Source: Azolla caroliniana (Eukaryota > Plantae > Polypodiophyta). From it: a DNA stretch of 64,000 bases. The notes below the pieces were generated by a model that saw only the letters and a program-made list of their open reading frames with translations, did no database searches and was not told where the DNA came from. Where the stretch lies: NCBI GenBank assembly GCA_043228905.1, contig JBHGNT010000012.1, positions 10,292,001 to 10,356,000 of the forward strand. The letters are read 5' to 3'. The position numbers and the translations under genes are program-made. Positions 25,351-38,499 of the stretch are shown piece after piece (position 1 is the stretch's first letter; every line of letters begins with the position of its first letter).

Positions 25351-26219
25351 GAAATAGAAAATTGGTGCAAAAACAGTATTTTTAATGTGAATTTGGTGCA
25401 AATTTACAACACTTTGAGTCAGTAATCTGAAATTTGTAATCTGTTCTTTTCAACATGTATCAAAAATCAACCATTTAAAAAATTAGAAACCCTAATTAGA
25501 ATTTGTCATGAGAATTGGTGCCAAATTACAACAAATTGCGACAGTAATCAGAAATTTGTAATTAGAAATTTGTAACCAGAAACTTGTAATCTGAAATTTG
25601 TAATTAGAAACCCTAAACCACTTAAGGGAAACACAAACCCTAATCATCACTAAAGGCAGAAATCAACCATACTACGAAATTCTGTCAATCAGAAACACAC
25701 TTGCTGCTACACCTTGCTGGTGTCAATCCTTGTTTAGGACTCCAACGACTTTGCCCTATTCGATTTTTGGGAAAGATGACAGACAATTATCATAAAGGAA
25801 AAAAAAAAGTTCTTTTAATATGTAACTGATACATACCTGGACGAGGATTGACTTGGTTGTGTGTTGTAGCTCTAAAGGTGCAATGTCGATCGCTTCGTTT
25901 GCGTTCATGTTGAGAGTACTCCATCTGTTTGGAGTTCGAACTCGAACTCAAGATTATCAGGAATTTGATGACATTCAAGTCGACCTTAGATGATGGCACT
26001 ATTCCCCATGTTCCACTACGTCAGAAACCAAAGTTCAAATATTTGAGTATTCTCATAAATTAAATGACATGTATTTAACTAATAAAACATAAAATTTCAT
26101 AAACCATCCTTATCATTTTCCCACAAAAAACTAGCTAAACAAATAGCTAATTAGTTGTGGCCATTTTAGTAGCTAATTAGCTATAATAGTGTTTCTCCTC
26201 GCATGCTTTTACCCTGTAA

Positions 26220-26669
26220 TATTATGGGAGTGTCCTCCATGGAGATATTATAAGATATGAACGTACTACACATGTTTCTCATGTCTCTCACTTTTCTTAT
26301 GGACACCTCTCTCTCACATCATTTCCTTCTTCTATTCGACGGTTTAGAATAAAAAATTTGGTTATTTAGCGTACTATAACATCGTTGGCTCTTTGGATAA
26401 TATGGAAAGCGAGATATGATTCTATTTTGAACAATATTCAGATACATCTCCACACTATGCTTATTGAATTTTGGATGTACTTTGTCCACACACTACGTGG
26501 TCAATATGATGATATGCAAGGTTCAGTTGATGTTCTGTGGCAACGACAAGTATTCTTTAAGTACAAATGGAAAGGACTTCACTTATTTTCGTATACAATT
26601 GTTGTTCTGAGGTGGAATTATGCCATACCTTATTTTATATTGCATAGTTGATAATATTGTTCTACTTGT
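26220..26669 (+). mobile_element. LINE ORF2 3' fragment
   Basis: WGVLHG...ALWIIWKARYDS...LRGQYDDMQGS; homologous to 43332-44102 and 52382-52640. Confidence 0.75.
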
Positions 26670-26778
26670 TGTTGACAAACGAATCATCAATCCATAAGAA
26701 AAGGAATATGTTGAAATACACAACAATGAAACACAGAAAACAGTGTGCACAAATTTTACGTGGAAAACCCTAAAGCGA

Positions 26779-28260
26779 TGTCGCGAAAATACGACGAGGA
26801 TACGTGAACGTTGAGGCAAGACCCCGAGGCCTTTGACTAGAGGATATCAAATTCGTGTATTTATGTACTAAGAATTAACCGAAATAAGAAAGATTAACAA
26901 ATTTCATTAACAAGTAGAAAGAAAAATTACAATCAATCCCAAGATTGGGATTACAAAAGTTTTATCTTAAGGAGATTACTAGAATAATAGATTAGAGGAA
27001 ATAAGAGATTATGATTCTTGAGTGATATAGCTTTGATAAGGAATTTTGGATTTTGAGAGATTGCTTCCGCATGGAAATTATGGTTTACTTGAGAGATAGC
27101 TTCCGTAGGGAAGATTAGGGTTCTTGGCTTCGATAAGATAAGAGAGCTCCCAAAGAAAAGGAAAAAAAATTAAGATAATATGGAGAGTGCCTGAGTGTAA
27201 GAAGAAAAATGGAATATATATAGAGTTCTCCTTGATCATATAGCCTTTCCACTTTTTGTTGCATGGCCTCTACTTTTAGTTGCCTAGCTTTTTCTTTTAG
27301 TTGCATCTATTTTTAGTTGCATGGCTTTTTCTTTTAGTTGCATGTGACCGTCCACAAGACCATTACTTTTTGCATGCACTCCAACTTTAGTTGCTTACGT
27401 CCACATGGCCTTTACTTTAGTTCTCTTCACTTTACTTTAGTTTGTTGCATGATCCAATCTTTCGTCCGTCCGCGTCCAACCTCGTCTGGTAGTCGGTTCC
27501 ATTTTGCTTGCCGGCCGGTTCCGATTCCAATTTTGCTTGCCAGTCGGTTCCGGTTCCGATTTGATGGCCCGGTTCCAATTCCGGTTCTGGTTCCGATTTT
27601 GCTTACCAATTCGGGTTCCAGTTTTGCTTACCGGTTGGTTTCCGATTTGCATACCGATTCCAGTTCCGATTTTGCTTATCGGCCAGTTCCGGTTCCGGTT
27701 TTGCTTACCGACCGGTTTCCGATTTGCATACCGGTTCCAGTTCCGGTTTTGCTTACCAGCCTGTTTCAGGTTTGCATACCGTCCGGTTTCCGGTTCCGAT
27801 TTGCTTGCCGGTTCCGGTTCCGATTTTGCTTACCGGCCTATTTCCGATTTGCATACCGGCCAGTTTCCGAATTTGCTTACCGGACCCGTTTTCCGGATTT
27901 GCTTACTGGCCGATTTCCGGATTTGTTTATCGGCCGGTTTCTAGTTTTAGGGAATTTGGCCACCATCATCCATCAAGACAAAGTGGCCAAAGTACTCTTA
28001 GCTCAAATGAAAAATGAGGGAGCTCAAGGTGCTTATATAGCCAGGGCCTTAACTTTCCTATCTATGTGGGATAATTCTAATTTCCCTATCTTCTCAAACT
28101 TTATTTTCACATAACTCGATATGTATTTCTCCATTTTGTATATAGTAAAATACATTTTGAAGCTCTTGAGTATATCCATCTTTCTATAGTAAGTTACTAA
28201 TCTAATCTATAATAATTATTTCACTATTTTTTTACATAGTGTGTGAAGATTCACACGACA
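26779..28260 (-). repeat. Solo LTR (1482 bp) inserted in the copia D LTR, with internal CCGGTT-rich minisatellite (27490-27945)
   Basis: TGTCG...CGACA ends; interrupts CCCTAAAGCG(G/A)GAGAAACC seen intact at 33951; flanks GCGA / GCGG suggest a 4-bp TSD. Confidence 0.8.
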
Positions 28261-30655
28261 GCGGGAGAAACCACGGAGAACAGAGCTTCACTATATAGTG
28301 GATATACAGCAGGGAGATTAGAGTACAACAGTCTCTATACAGAGTGTAAAACAACCTCACAGGGCTCTTGGCGTATGCTATTTCTAAAGCACGGCTATGG
28401 TGTCACTAAGTCACTCACCCTCTCACACACATACTCTTCTCCCCATAACTCTACGTTACAGAGGCTCACACACACACACATATATATATATGTTTGCCCT
28501 AGGTGTATTTATAGTAATACACAAAATGGTTTATTTACAATCATGGCCACTATTACTATCCAATGATAATAATAATAGTCTTACTAATCAGCCGACTTAT
28601 TCGTCGACTATCGGGGTAGTTCGACTGGTAAACCTGGTACTCGACCATCCGGTCGTCCCAACTAGTCAGTCGTGTCTTCGACCTCGATCAACTCTCTCGG
28701 AGTCAACTCCTCTACCGTTGGCTCTCATCCAATCAATCAGCTGCTCCCGGTCTTCGATTGTCGGCTCCCCCCGAGCAGTCGGCTCCTTCCATTGGAGGGA
28801 CATATTCCTAACAAATTCCCCCTTCACTCCTGTGGGGAGGAGTCTATTATTCCTATCCTCTATCGACAGACTCTAAGTCGGTCCATTAGTAGGTGCTTTG
28901 TCAGCATGTCGGATCCATTGTTGTTAGTATGGATCTTCACGAGAGTAAACTCTCCTTCGATTTTCTCCTGTAACCAGTGATACCTTCTCTTTATGTGCTT
29001 GGTCCGGGAGTGGTATGCAACATTCTTGGCTAGATGTATGGCACTCTAGCTGTCACAATGAAGCAAGAAATCCCTTCGCTTCATCCCCAACTCGCTCAAA
29101 AAGTTTCTCATCCAAATCAGCTCCTTACCGGCCTCTACCGTTGCCATGTACTCTGCCTCTATGATCGACAATGCCATAGACTTTTGTAGTCATGACTGCC
29201 ACGACACTGCTCCCCCTGCATAGGTCATCACATACCTTTACATGGATTGACTGGAGTCTACATCCCCCGACATGTCCGAGTCGGTAAACCCTTCGAGCAT
29301 GGGTTTTCCGACACCATACTTAAGACACACACCCGAGGTGCCTTTTAAATACCTGAGTATCCATTTCACTGATGCCCACTATTGCAGTCCTGGATTACTC
29401 ATATATCGGCTTACTATTCTAACACCAAACGTTATGCCTGGTCTCGTACAGACCATAGCATACATTAAGTTGCTGATGGCTGAGGCATATGGAACTTTCC
29501 TCATCTCAGCCTTTTCTTTCTCCCCTCTCAGGCATTGCTTTGAATTTAGCTTGCACTTAGTCGGAAACACTAAGCCGACCGGCTTTGCTTCCGACATGTT
29601 GAATCTTTCAAGGATCTTTGTCATGTATTTCTCTTGTGACAACCACAACACTTTTTTAGTTCTATCTCAAACTATGTGCATCCCTAAGATTTGCTTTGTT
29701 GGTCCAAAGATCTTTCATGGAAAACAACTTGCCTAATGCTTTCTTCAAGCTACCGATCTTCCTTGTATCTTGACCAACTATCAACATGTCATTTACATAT
29801 AATAAGAGAATCAAGAAGTCACCTTCATCGTACCTTTTGACGAACACACAATGATCCGCATGTGTTTTTTGGAACCCATGTTCCACCATGAAGGATTCGA
29901 ACTTCTTGTACCACTGGTGTGGAACTTGTTTCAAACCATACAAGCTTTTCTTCAATCGACACACCAGGTTCTCTTTCCCTTTCTCCTCAAATCCTTTGGG
30001 CTACTGCATGTAAATCTCTTCATCTAGCTCCCCGTGCAAGAATCTTGTCTTGACATCCAATTGTTCGACCTCCAAATTCTTGCTGGTAGCTACGCTCAGA
30101 ACAGTTCTAATGGATGTCATCTTCACGACTATGCGGGCTTTATACCTGGGCGCATTGTTGACTTCTCTAGTCTTCACCTTGTAGACCCATTTATTGCTAA
30201 GTGCTCTCTAACCTTTCGGCAGCTCTACTAGGTTGTAGGTATAATTCTCGTGCAAAGAATCCATCTCATCTTGCATCGCGCTCATCCATTTCTCTCTGTG
30301 CTTATCGGCAATGGCTTCATCATAGCACTGGATTCACCTTCATCAGTCAAGAGGATATATTGGCTAGCATATGTCGTCGGTGCTCTCCTTTCTCTGAGTG
30401 GGTATCTCCTTCTACTCATTGTTGTCCCTCGTTCGGAGGTCTCGACCAACTCTTCTCTTGGTTCCTTCATGTCGATCGGTTGTCGGATGTCCACTGACTC
30501 CGATTCATATTCATCGATCAACTGTAACAAATATGCCGACTCAAGCTCATAGTTGGTCAGTCTCTCCGAATCGACTGACTCGGATTCGGATATGCCGACT
30601 AGTTGGTTGTGTCGGTTCACTTGGCCTCAAGTCGATAGTAGTGGAGGTTGATTGG

Positions 30656-31093
30656 TGTTACGGGCATGACCATATAATATCCCATGGTCAGAATTTACTG
30701 TAGTATTCTATACATGTGGATAAGTGTGAGGGTTAAACGAGAGTGTAAAGAAGGGGAGGATTACTTTTAATCCTCAGGATTGAGACAACCCATTAGGCCA
30801 AGTGTGAGCATGACTGGGGGCCTTGGGCACTCACTACAAGAGTTGACCCACCACAAGACAGAGTCTCGACGTAGTCAACAAGATAATGAAATGAGGGTAG
30901 CTAGGCCGCTTATTTATAGCAATACCGAAGACCCCCAGCCATGTTCACACTTGGCCTAATGGGTTGTCTCAATCCCGAGGATTAAAAGTAATCCTCCCCT
31001 TCTTTACACTCCTTAACCCTCACACTTATCCACGTGTATAGAATACTACAATAAATTCAGACCACGGGATATTATATGGTCATGCCCGTAACA
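30656..31093. mobile_element. 438-bp foldback element with ~170-bp inverted arms
   Basis: TGTTACGGGCATGACCATATAATATCCC...GGGATATTATATGGTCATGCCCGTAACA; TSD ATTGG at 30651-30655 and 31094-31098. Confidence 0.92.
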
Positions 31094-31494
31094 ATTGGTT
31101 AGTCAATTCCAACTTCTGTTGCTTCCAGTCCTCTATGGTCTTGTCTTCCAAGAAGATTACATCCTGGCTCCTCACTACCTTCATGTCGACTAGGTCCCAA
31201 AGCCTATAGCCAAACTCATCTTCTGAGTATCCCATGAATATGCGTGGTTTCGACTTATTGTCAAGCTTTGACCTCTGATCCTTAGCTACATGCATATACC
31301 CTAGGCATCTGAACACCCTCAGGTGTCGGTAGGAGACATCCTTTCCTGACCACACCCTTTGTGGGACATCACCTTTCAACGGTACTAGGGGACTTGTTGA
31401 TCAAATACGCAACCGTGTACAACGCCTCAGCCCAGTAGATTTTCTACAGTTTAGCATCCAACAACATGCTCCTTACTCTCACCATGATTGTCTG

Positions 31495-31949
31495 TGTTGA
31501 GAGACAAGCTCAACATCGGCTGGATCGGCGAAGCAAGCCGAGGACCGGATCGATTGGGACCGATTGGTTAGGCTGGATTTGTTGGAAACCGGTACGCAAA
31601 TCGGTGCGTAGGAAGGCCGGATCGGTGCAGAAACCGGGAGGCCATCGGAAAGATATTCCGCAAGGAATATATTTGGGAGTTAGTGTAGGGGCTCCTTAAT
31701 GAGCATTGAAGTACTGTCAGTACCTATATCAGTCCGAAAAGGACTTCTATAAAAGTGTTCATTGAACACTCACGATGTACAGATTGAGTATTATTTTTAA
31801 AAAGTTCTGGTGTTTACTCTCTCTCTCTCTGTCTCTCCCGTGCGTACTGTGCAAACCTAAGCTTTCCATTAAACCTACGTTTTCTGTTGTTCGGTTTCCT
31901 ATATTGGTTCGGCACGCCATTCTTTTCAGTCTGGTTCATCCTCTCTACA
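31495..31949 (+). repeat. Solo LTR (455 bp) inside the copia D integrase
   Basis: TGTTGAGAG...CTCTCTACA ends, CTATAAAAG near 31747, CT-rich tract; no TSD, and the host AERMN codons are missing. Confidence 0.7.
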
Positions 31950-33400
31950 AGCCCATTCAACTCAGGGGTCTTCGGTAATGTTTATTCGATTCGAATACCT
32001 TGGACCTTGCCGTATTCCTCGAACTGCCCTTTATATTCAACACCATTGTTAGTTTGGACAGCCTTCAACTTCTGACCTGACTCCCGTTCAGCTCTTTCCT
32101 GGAACTCCTTGAAAAATGACAATACTTGATCTTTTGACTTTAGTACGAAAGCCCACAACTTCCAACTATAGTCGTCGATGAAAGTCACAAAGTACTGTCC
32201 GCCTCGATGCGACGAAGCATCTACATAACACACATCCATGTGTACCAGTTCCAGTGCAACTTCTCTTCTTCTTGGTGGTTGTGAGTGGAATGGTTCTTTG
32301 TTCTGCTTTCCGACTAAGCAGTCGACGCACTTCTCTAGGTGCATTCCCTTTACTTCTAGTAGAAGCTTCTGGTTGGCCAACAAATGTTGTCCCTTCTCAC
32401 TCATGTGGCCTAGCCTCTTATGCCATATCTGTTCGGCCGATTCGGCTGCCACATTCACTTCCGACTTGCACAATCTGGCTTGCATCATACACCGTTGTCC
32501 TTCCTTCTTGCTTCCTCATTCAGGATGCTTGTCCTCACCACTTGTAAAGACAAGTTCTCTTCTTCACAAGAGGTGTTGAAAGTAACCACCAGGTTCTCCC
32601 AGCTATCTAGGAGTGTGCACATCAGCAGGATGGCCTGCATAGCATCATCAAGGGGAAACTTGGTTGCAGCAAGTTGATTTACATACCCCATGAATGTATT
32701 GATGTGTTCGACAATGCTCCCACCGTCTTTGTATTTCATTGGTACGATCTTTCTCATCAGTGAGGTTTTATTTAGGGTGTTCTTCCTCTCATATAGACCT
32801 GACAGCTTCTCCCACATCTCGTGGGCATTTCTATCGTTCACCACATGCTGAAGGACACTTAAATCGACACATTGTCGGATGGCAGCCACATCCTTTCTGT
32901 TAAGAAGTTTCCATTCCAACTCTAATACCCCCATCATCATGGGTATTTTTGCTCTCTCGATCGGTTTGTACTGGTATTTGACTATAAGAAGGTCCTCCAT
33001 CTTTATCTTCCAGTTTGCATAGTTCTGAGAGTTTAGAACTATCATTCCTGGGAAGCCACTCACATCTCCTTCCATGTTTGCACCTCAATCTCTAATACCA
33101 ATTTGTTGAGAAATGAATCTCCAATCCACAAGAAAAGGAATATGCTGAAACACAAAAACCAGTGTGCACAGATTTAACGTGGAAAACCCTAAAGCGGGAG
33201 AAAACCACGGAGAATGGAGGTTCACTATACAATGGATATATAACAGCGAGATCAAAGTACAACACTCTCTACACAGAGTGTAAAACAGATTCACAGTGCT
33301 CTTGGCGTATGATGTTTCTAAAGCACAGCTATGGCGTCGTTCAGTCACTCACGCTCTCACACACACACTCTTCTCCCTATAACGCTACATTCTAGAGGCT

Positions 33401-33435
<35 letters not shown>

Positions 33436-35164
33436 CTATTTGCCCTAGGTGTATTTATACTAATACACAAAATGGGCTATTTACAATCATGGCCATTATT
33501 ATTATCCAATGGTAATAATAATAGTCTTACTAATCAGCCGACTTATTCGTCGATTGTCGGGATGGTCCAACTAGTCAACCCAGTCATTGACCATCCAACT
33601 AGCCAATCGTGTCTACGACCTCGATCAACTCTGTTTGAGTCAACTCCTCAACCGTTGGCTCTCATCCAATCAATCAGTTGCTCCTTGTCTTCGACTGTCG
33701 GCTCTCTCCCAGCAGTCGACAAGTATTATTTAAGAACAAATGGAAAGGACTTCACTTATTTTCGGATACAATTGTTGTTCTGAGGTGGAATTATGCCATA
33801 CCTTCTTTTATATTGCATAGTTGATAGTATTGTTCTACTTCTTGTTGATAAACGAATCGTCAATCCACAAGAAAAGGAATATGTTGAAATACAAAACTGT
33901 GAAACACAGAAAACAGTGTGCACAAATTTAACGTGGAAAACCCTAAAGCGAGAGAAACCACGGAGAACAGAGCTTCACTATATAGTGGATATACAACAGG
34001 GAGATTAGAGTACAGCAGTCTCTATACAGAGTGTAAAACAACCTCACAGGGCTCTTGGCGTATGCTGTTTCTAAAGCACAACTATGGTGTCGCTTAGTCA
34101 CTCACACTCTCACACACACTCTTCTCCCTATAACGCTACGTTACAAAGGCTCACATATATATATATATATATATATGTTTGCCCTAGGTGTATTTATACT
34201 AATACACAAAATGGGCTATTTACAATCATGGCCATTATTATTATCCAATGATAATAATTATAGTCTTACTAATCAGCCGACTTATTCGTCAACTGTCGGG
34301 GTGGTCCGACTAGTTGACCTAGTCATCGACCATCCGGTCGGCCCAACTAGCCAGTCGTGTCTTCGACCTCGATCAACTCTCTCTGAGTCAACTCCTCAAC
34401 CGTTGGCTGTCATCCAATCAGTCGGTTTCTCCCAGTCTTCGATTGTCGGCTCTCTCCGAGCAGTCGGCTCCTCCCACTGGAGGGACATATTCCTAACACT
34501 TGTTTCATATATGACGTCATTTGTTTGATCTGATGCTTATACTAGCCTTTGTATCACAATAGAAGTGAGATGAAATGTCCTCTTCTGTTTTCTCTATGTA
34601 CAATTTTCAAGTAATATACTAAGGTGAATCTTTCTTTAAAAAAAAAAAGAATCAATAAATGATAACAACAAACTAGGTTACAAAGTTGGTTACATACTAA
34701 CCAAACTAGGGCAAATGCCCCTTATGCTATTTACAGAAATAGCCTAATCTAGTTTCTCCAATGGGATAATGTGAATACATCCATTATATTATTGTATTCG
34801 ATATTATCCATCTTAATGAACAAACTTATATTGTGAGAGGATAACAAGCTAATAGGATTGTCCCAAACATTGAACCAAAAGTGTAAACAAATTTACAATC
34901 AAACAATTACACTTGTGTCATGACCATTTTTGCTAAGCATTTTGATTACATCTAAATATTTGTCATTATATATTACATTAATGATAGAAAGTTTGATATT
35001 TGTCCCATTATTCCTTACATATCACCAGATAACTTGTATGATGAAGTTTGATATCATCAACGATATATCGTAAATGAGCCACACCATATTTATAAGTGGA
35101 ATAAATTTCTAGCCATAGGTATAAACATTTTGCCACAAAAATAGCTATAAAAGCTTGTATGTTG

Positions 35165-38100
35165 CTACAAGATTATTTTGTAAGGTCTCATCATCGCATT
35201 GTCCTCATGATCGAGTATCTGCAACCAGAAAAGAGCTCTCATTTTAAATATGTTGAATACACCATTTGAAGCATTTTAAGACATCATTTTGTTGTTACAT
35301 GTGTATTCCACAATCCACTAACGCAAAAGCTCCAAGAGTGCTAGATTCTAATAGTGTAATGTTATTAATGTCAACATTGTGTACTATATAAGATTTTAAA
35401 ACCACAGATTATAGATAAAATACATTTTCCTATGTTATTGTCATGGTGTGCCCACTCTTGGGTTGTGGAAAGGGATATGTTGCATTACTTGTTAGCGTCA
35501 CGAATGAAAATGATATTATTTTCAACCCTCTTCAATTGTGGACAAGTAATTTGTCTATATTTTAAGGACCAAATGGATGTTGTGAATGGTGTCAAATTGA
35601 GAATATAAAGAATATTTAATTTCAAGTCCATTGCTCTAGAATTAAACCCATCCTTTAAATATTAGAACACACAAACTTTCTCAACACACTTATCAAGTAT
35701 GCATGTTAAAACATTTCTCATAAGCATAATGATAATTCTTTCACATTGAGCATTCGTGTATAGTATCTTGACTCTTGTTCTTTTCTTGCAACTCAACCAC
35801 GCTTTTTAGGTGGTGTCCCTAAGGATAAAGAAACACTAATTATTTTTTAAGTCTATCAATATTGTATGATTAGTATTGTCACCCCTAGTTTGTCATTCCT
35901 ATTAATGGATAGCATTATGCATACCTACTATCTTATATCTTACACAAACCTCTATTTTGGAAATGTAAACTTGATACAAAATAAACGTTCAATGTATGTA
36001 AGATAATCAAAAGTGATTTCTTTGTACTCCGTGGTTTAAGAAAATAGTGAGAGAGAAAGGAAAAACTCACATGGCAATGATATGTATACCCAGGTTCTAG
36101 AGATGGGTCGAAGGGAAACGGTTGTGAATCCAATAGCGAAAAACGCACCAAGATTGTTGTCATGTAAGAAGGTTTCATCTTGAAAACATTCTTCCAACCA
36201 GCTTCATTTGGTGGTGGTGGCTCAAGAACTCCATCGAGAAACTTTTCAATTTGGCAAGGTTCCACATTGTTGTGTTCCACAACACACTCACTTAGTTGGT
36301 CCAAATTCTTTATTTTTTGTTGACTTTGAACTTGGAAACCCGCAAGATGAACATGAAAGGGATGGTTATCAGGAGTGAGATTGATAATGCGCCAAACCTC
36401 AGTGGTTCCATTTTTTGGTTGCTCTGTCACTGGGTCGGTAAATTGCTTGAAATTTATCAATAGGTGCGTTGGTTCTCCTGTAAATGAGTCAAATTCATAT
36501 AGAACTATGCTCCTCGTCTTAGTTTCCTTTGTGATTTTCAATTTTTCCACTTGCATCAACTTCAATGGGACTTTTGCTTTGTCCTTCAAATGCCTCTTTC
36601 CTACGATAAATTTCATCACTTTTTTATTGATATCATCAACACTATCGCCATCCGGATAGGGAAAGTTTGCACTATTTTCCAAGATTATATGCTGAGCTTT
36701 AGATTTCGAGAAATCAATTATAACATCTACAATCTCTGATGGAGCAACCAATATCTCTTTTACACTTATTGGTCTCTCGAAGTAAAAGCTATCGGATCCA
36801 ATTTGTACAAAATGGAGACCATTGTCCAATGAAAAGCTGTAGAATCTAGCATTGCTTGCATTGATTATTCTAAATCTATATTTTCTTCGTTGAACCCTCA
36901 TGTATGGCCATGCTTTCCCATTCACTATAATAACATTCCCAAAATACTCTGGCTACATAAGAGGAGCAAACGAAGTATTTGTCACTACCAAGTAAATTAA
37001 TATTCTTTTTGGAAATGCAAATAAGCCATTTAAGTTACACCTAAAGACATTGAATATTGTGCAATCATTGTGATAAGGATGTAAAAGGCCTATATTGGTT
37101 AATTTCTTGATAAATGCAATTGAGTAAAGAATTGTTACTTTGTACATTATTAACATGAAGCACGATGTTTCTACCATGCTCCTTGGTATGCTTACCATGG
37201 GAACGCAAAACTATGATTAAGGAAAATGCATATACAATCAGTGGTCGATATAAAGTGTAGTAACATGTGTATGATATAAATTTCTTGAATTATCAGGGAT
37301 GAATTTTTCCTAACATGTGATGTTACATCTAGAATGATGTCGTTGCTATAAAGTCTTTCATATGGATGAACATATTGAAATGATATGGATAAAATAATTC
37401 TATAAGAGATATATCATGGCATATATACATACATATATGTGTGTATAACATAGAGAAGAAAGAGAAGTGTTGGTGTAGGTTTACCTGCCACTCTGGGTGT
37501 ATATTAGGGTTATCCCCCGTAGAATTTATATAAATTTGCCCATTCTTCGTAAAGCTTCTATCCATGACAACAAGTTGCACGTCAAATATTTCACGAGGGA
37601 GTTTCCATGTGCGGAGTTCGAGGGCGGGGTTGACAACTTTGTATGCGCCAATCAAGCCGGCCAAGAGGTTGAGACGTGTGTACGCCATTGCATGGTCATG
37701 GTACCACATGTTGACCGTCCCCTTAGAGTTCTCATACTCATAAACATGTTTCGTCCACTTGGGGCCCGTCTCCCGAAAGCTACGCGTGAACCATGAGAGG
37801 GCATTACCATCACTACCTGGCTCACTTATGCTACCATGCAAGTGTACTACCGTGGGGACACCGACTAAATTGAGGTAAGGTTCGCCCAATGTAGTGTCTG
37901 TGGTGAAGATATGTTGGTTGGGCAAGTGGTTCTCCCATTTGATATATGTCTTCACCCCGACCATTGCCTGTATGCTTGGCCCGGGCACTGTAGCTTCTTC
38001 CTTTGTGGTTCCATATGCGAACACTCGCGATGGTGGAAGGTCTCTATGGAATTTCTAGCAGAATGATATCACCCGACCAAAAAATTGTTAGCATTTGAAG

Positions 38101-38499
38101 TTTGTGAGGGTTTTTTTGCGTTTTTTACGAGTAAAATGCGATTATATTTTTATTTTCCATGAGTTAAAAAAAGAGCTAATGGGAACATACCCAATGTTTC
38201 ATGTACATGCCAATGGTGAGATTGGAAGGTAAGTATTTTCCATCATGTGTTTGAGAATAGCCTTTGATGAGTGGCATGGAAGGAAGCTCATCAACAAACA
38301 TCTTGAGAGCGTAGGCATTCTTCTCCAGGGTCTCTTCTGTCTCTTCAGTAATGGAAGATGAATGCCCAATGGATGAGAATGTGGTAGTGAAGACCAGTAG
38401 AAATAGAATGGGCACATGCACGAAATTACGAGCTTCGGTATACACACATTGCGGGATGTTCCGATTCACATACTGTTCTTGTATGTTTCTCTTCATCAT
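35165..38499 (-). CDS. LPR1: Multicopper oxidase, LOW PHOSPHATE ROOT (LPR1/LPR2)-like; exons 38499-38191, 38054-37485, 36952-36071, 35218-35165; ~604 aa
   Basis: All four Cu motifs (HLHG, WYHDH, HPFHVH, HCHILDHEDNAMM); family motifs LKMFVDELP, KFHRDLP, NPNIHPEWQPEYFG, NGKAWPY; three phase-0 GT-AG introns; hydrophobic N-terminal segment. LPR1 versus LPR2 cannot be distinguished. Confidence 0.93.

Larger units (their letters stand above)
28870..33075 (-). pseudogene. Copia D gag-pol, heavily disrupted
   Basis: Gag LNSQNYANWKIKM; WHKRLGH, LVHMDV, FIDDYS integrase; CRLKKSLYGLKQ, LLYVNDML RT; RNase H KHIK near 28995. Zinc knuckle and protease deleted near 32487. Confidence 0.9.
26670..34498 (-). 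mobile_element. Ty1/copia element D, degenerate, with three LTR copies
   Basis: LTRs 26670-28813 (interrupted), 33104-33720 (truncated) and 33843-34498; TSD CTTGT at 26665-26669 / 34499-34503; Met-type PBS TGGTATTAGAG at 33101-33091; PPT GAAGGGGGAATT at 28825-28814. Confidence 0.9.

Noticed and set aside
27338-28114. 258-aa ORF and overlapping ORFs
   Set aside because: Translation of a minisatellite inside a solo LTR.
28243-28876. Three similar ORFs (also at 33331 and 34055) as a gene family
   Set aside because: They lie in copia LTR copies that contain (CA)n(TA)n microsatellites.
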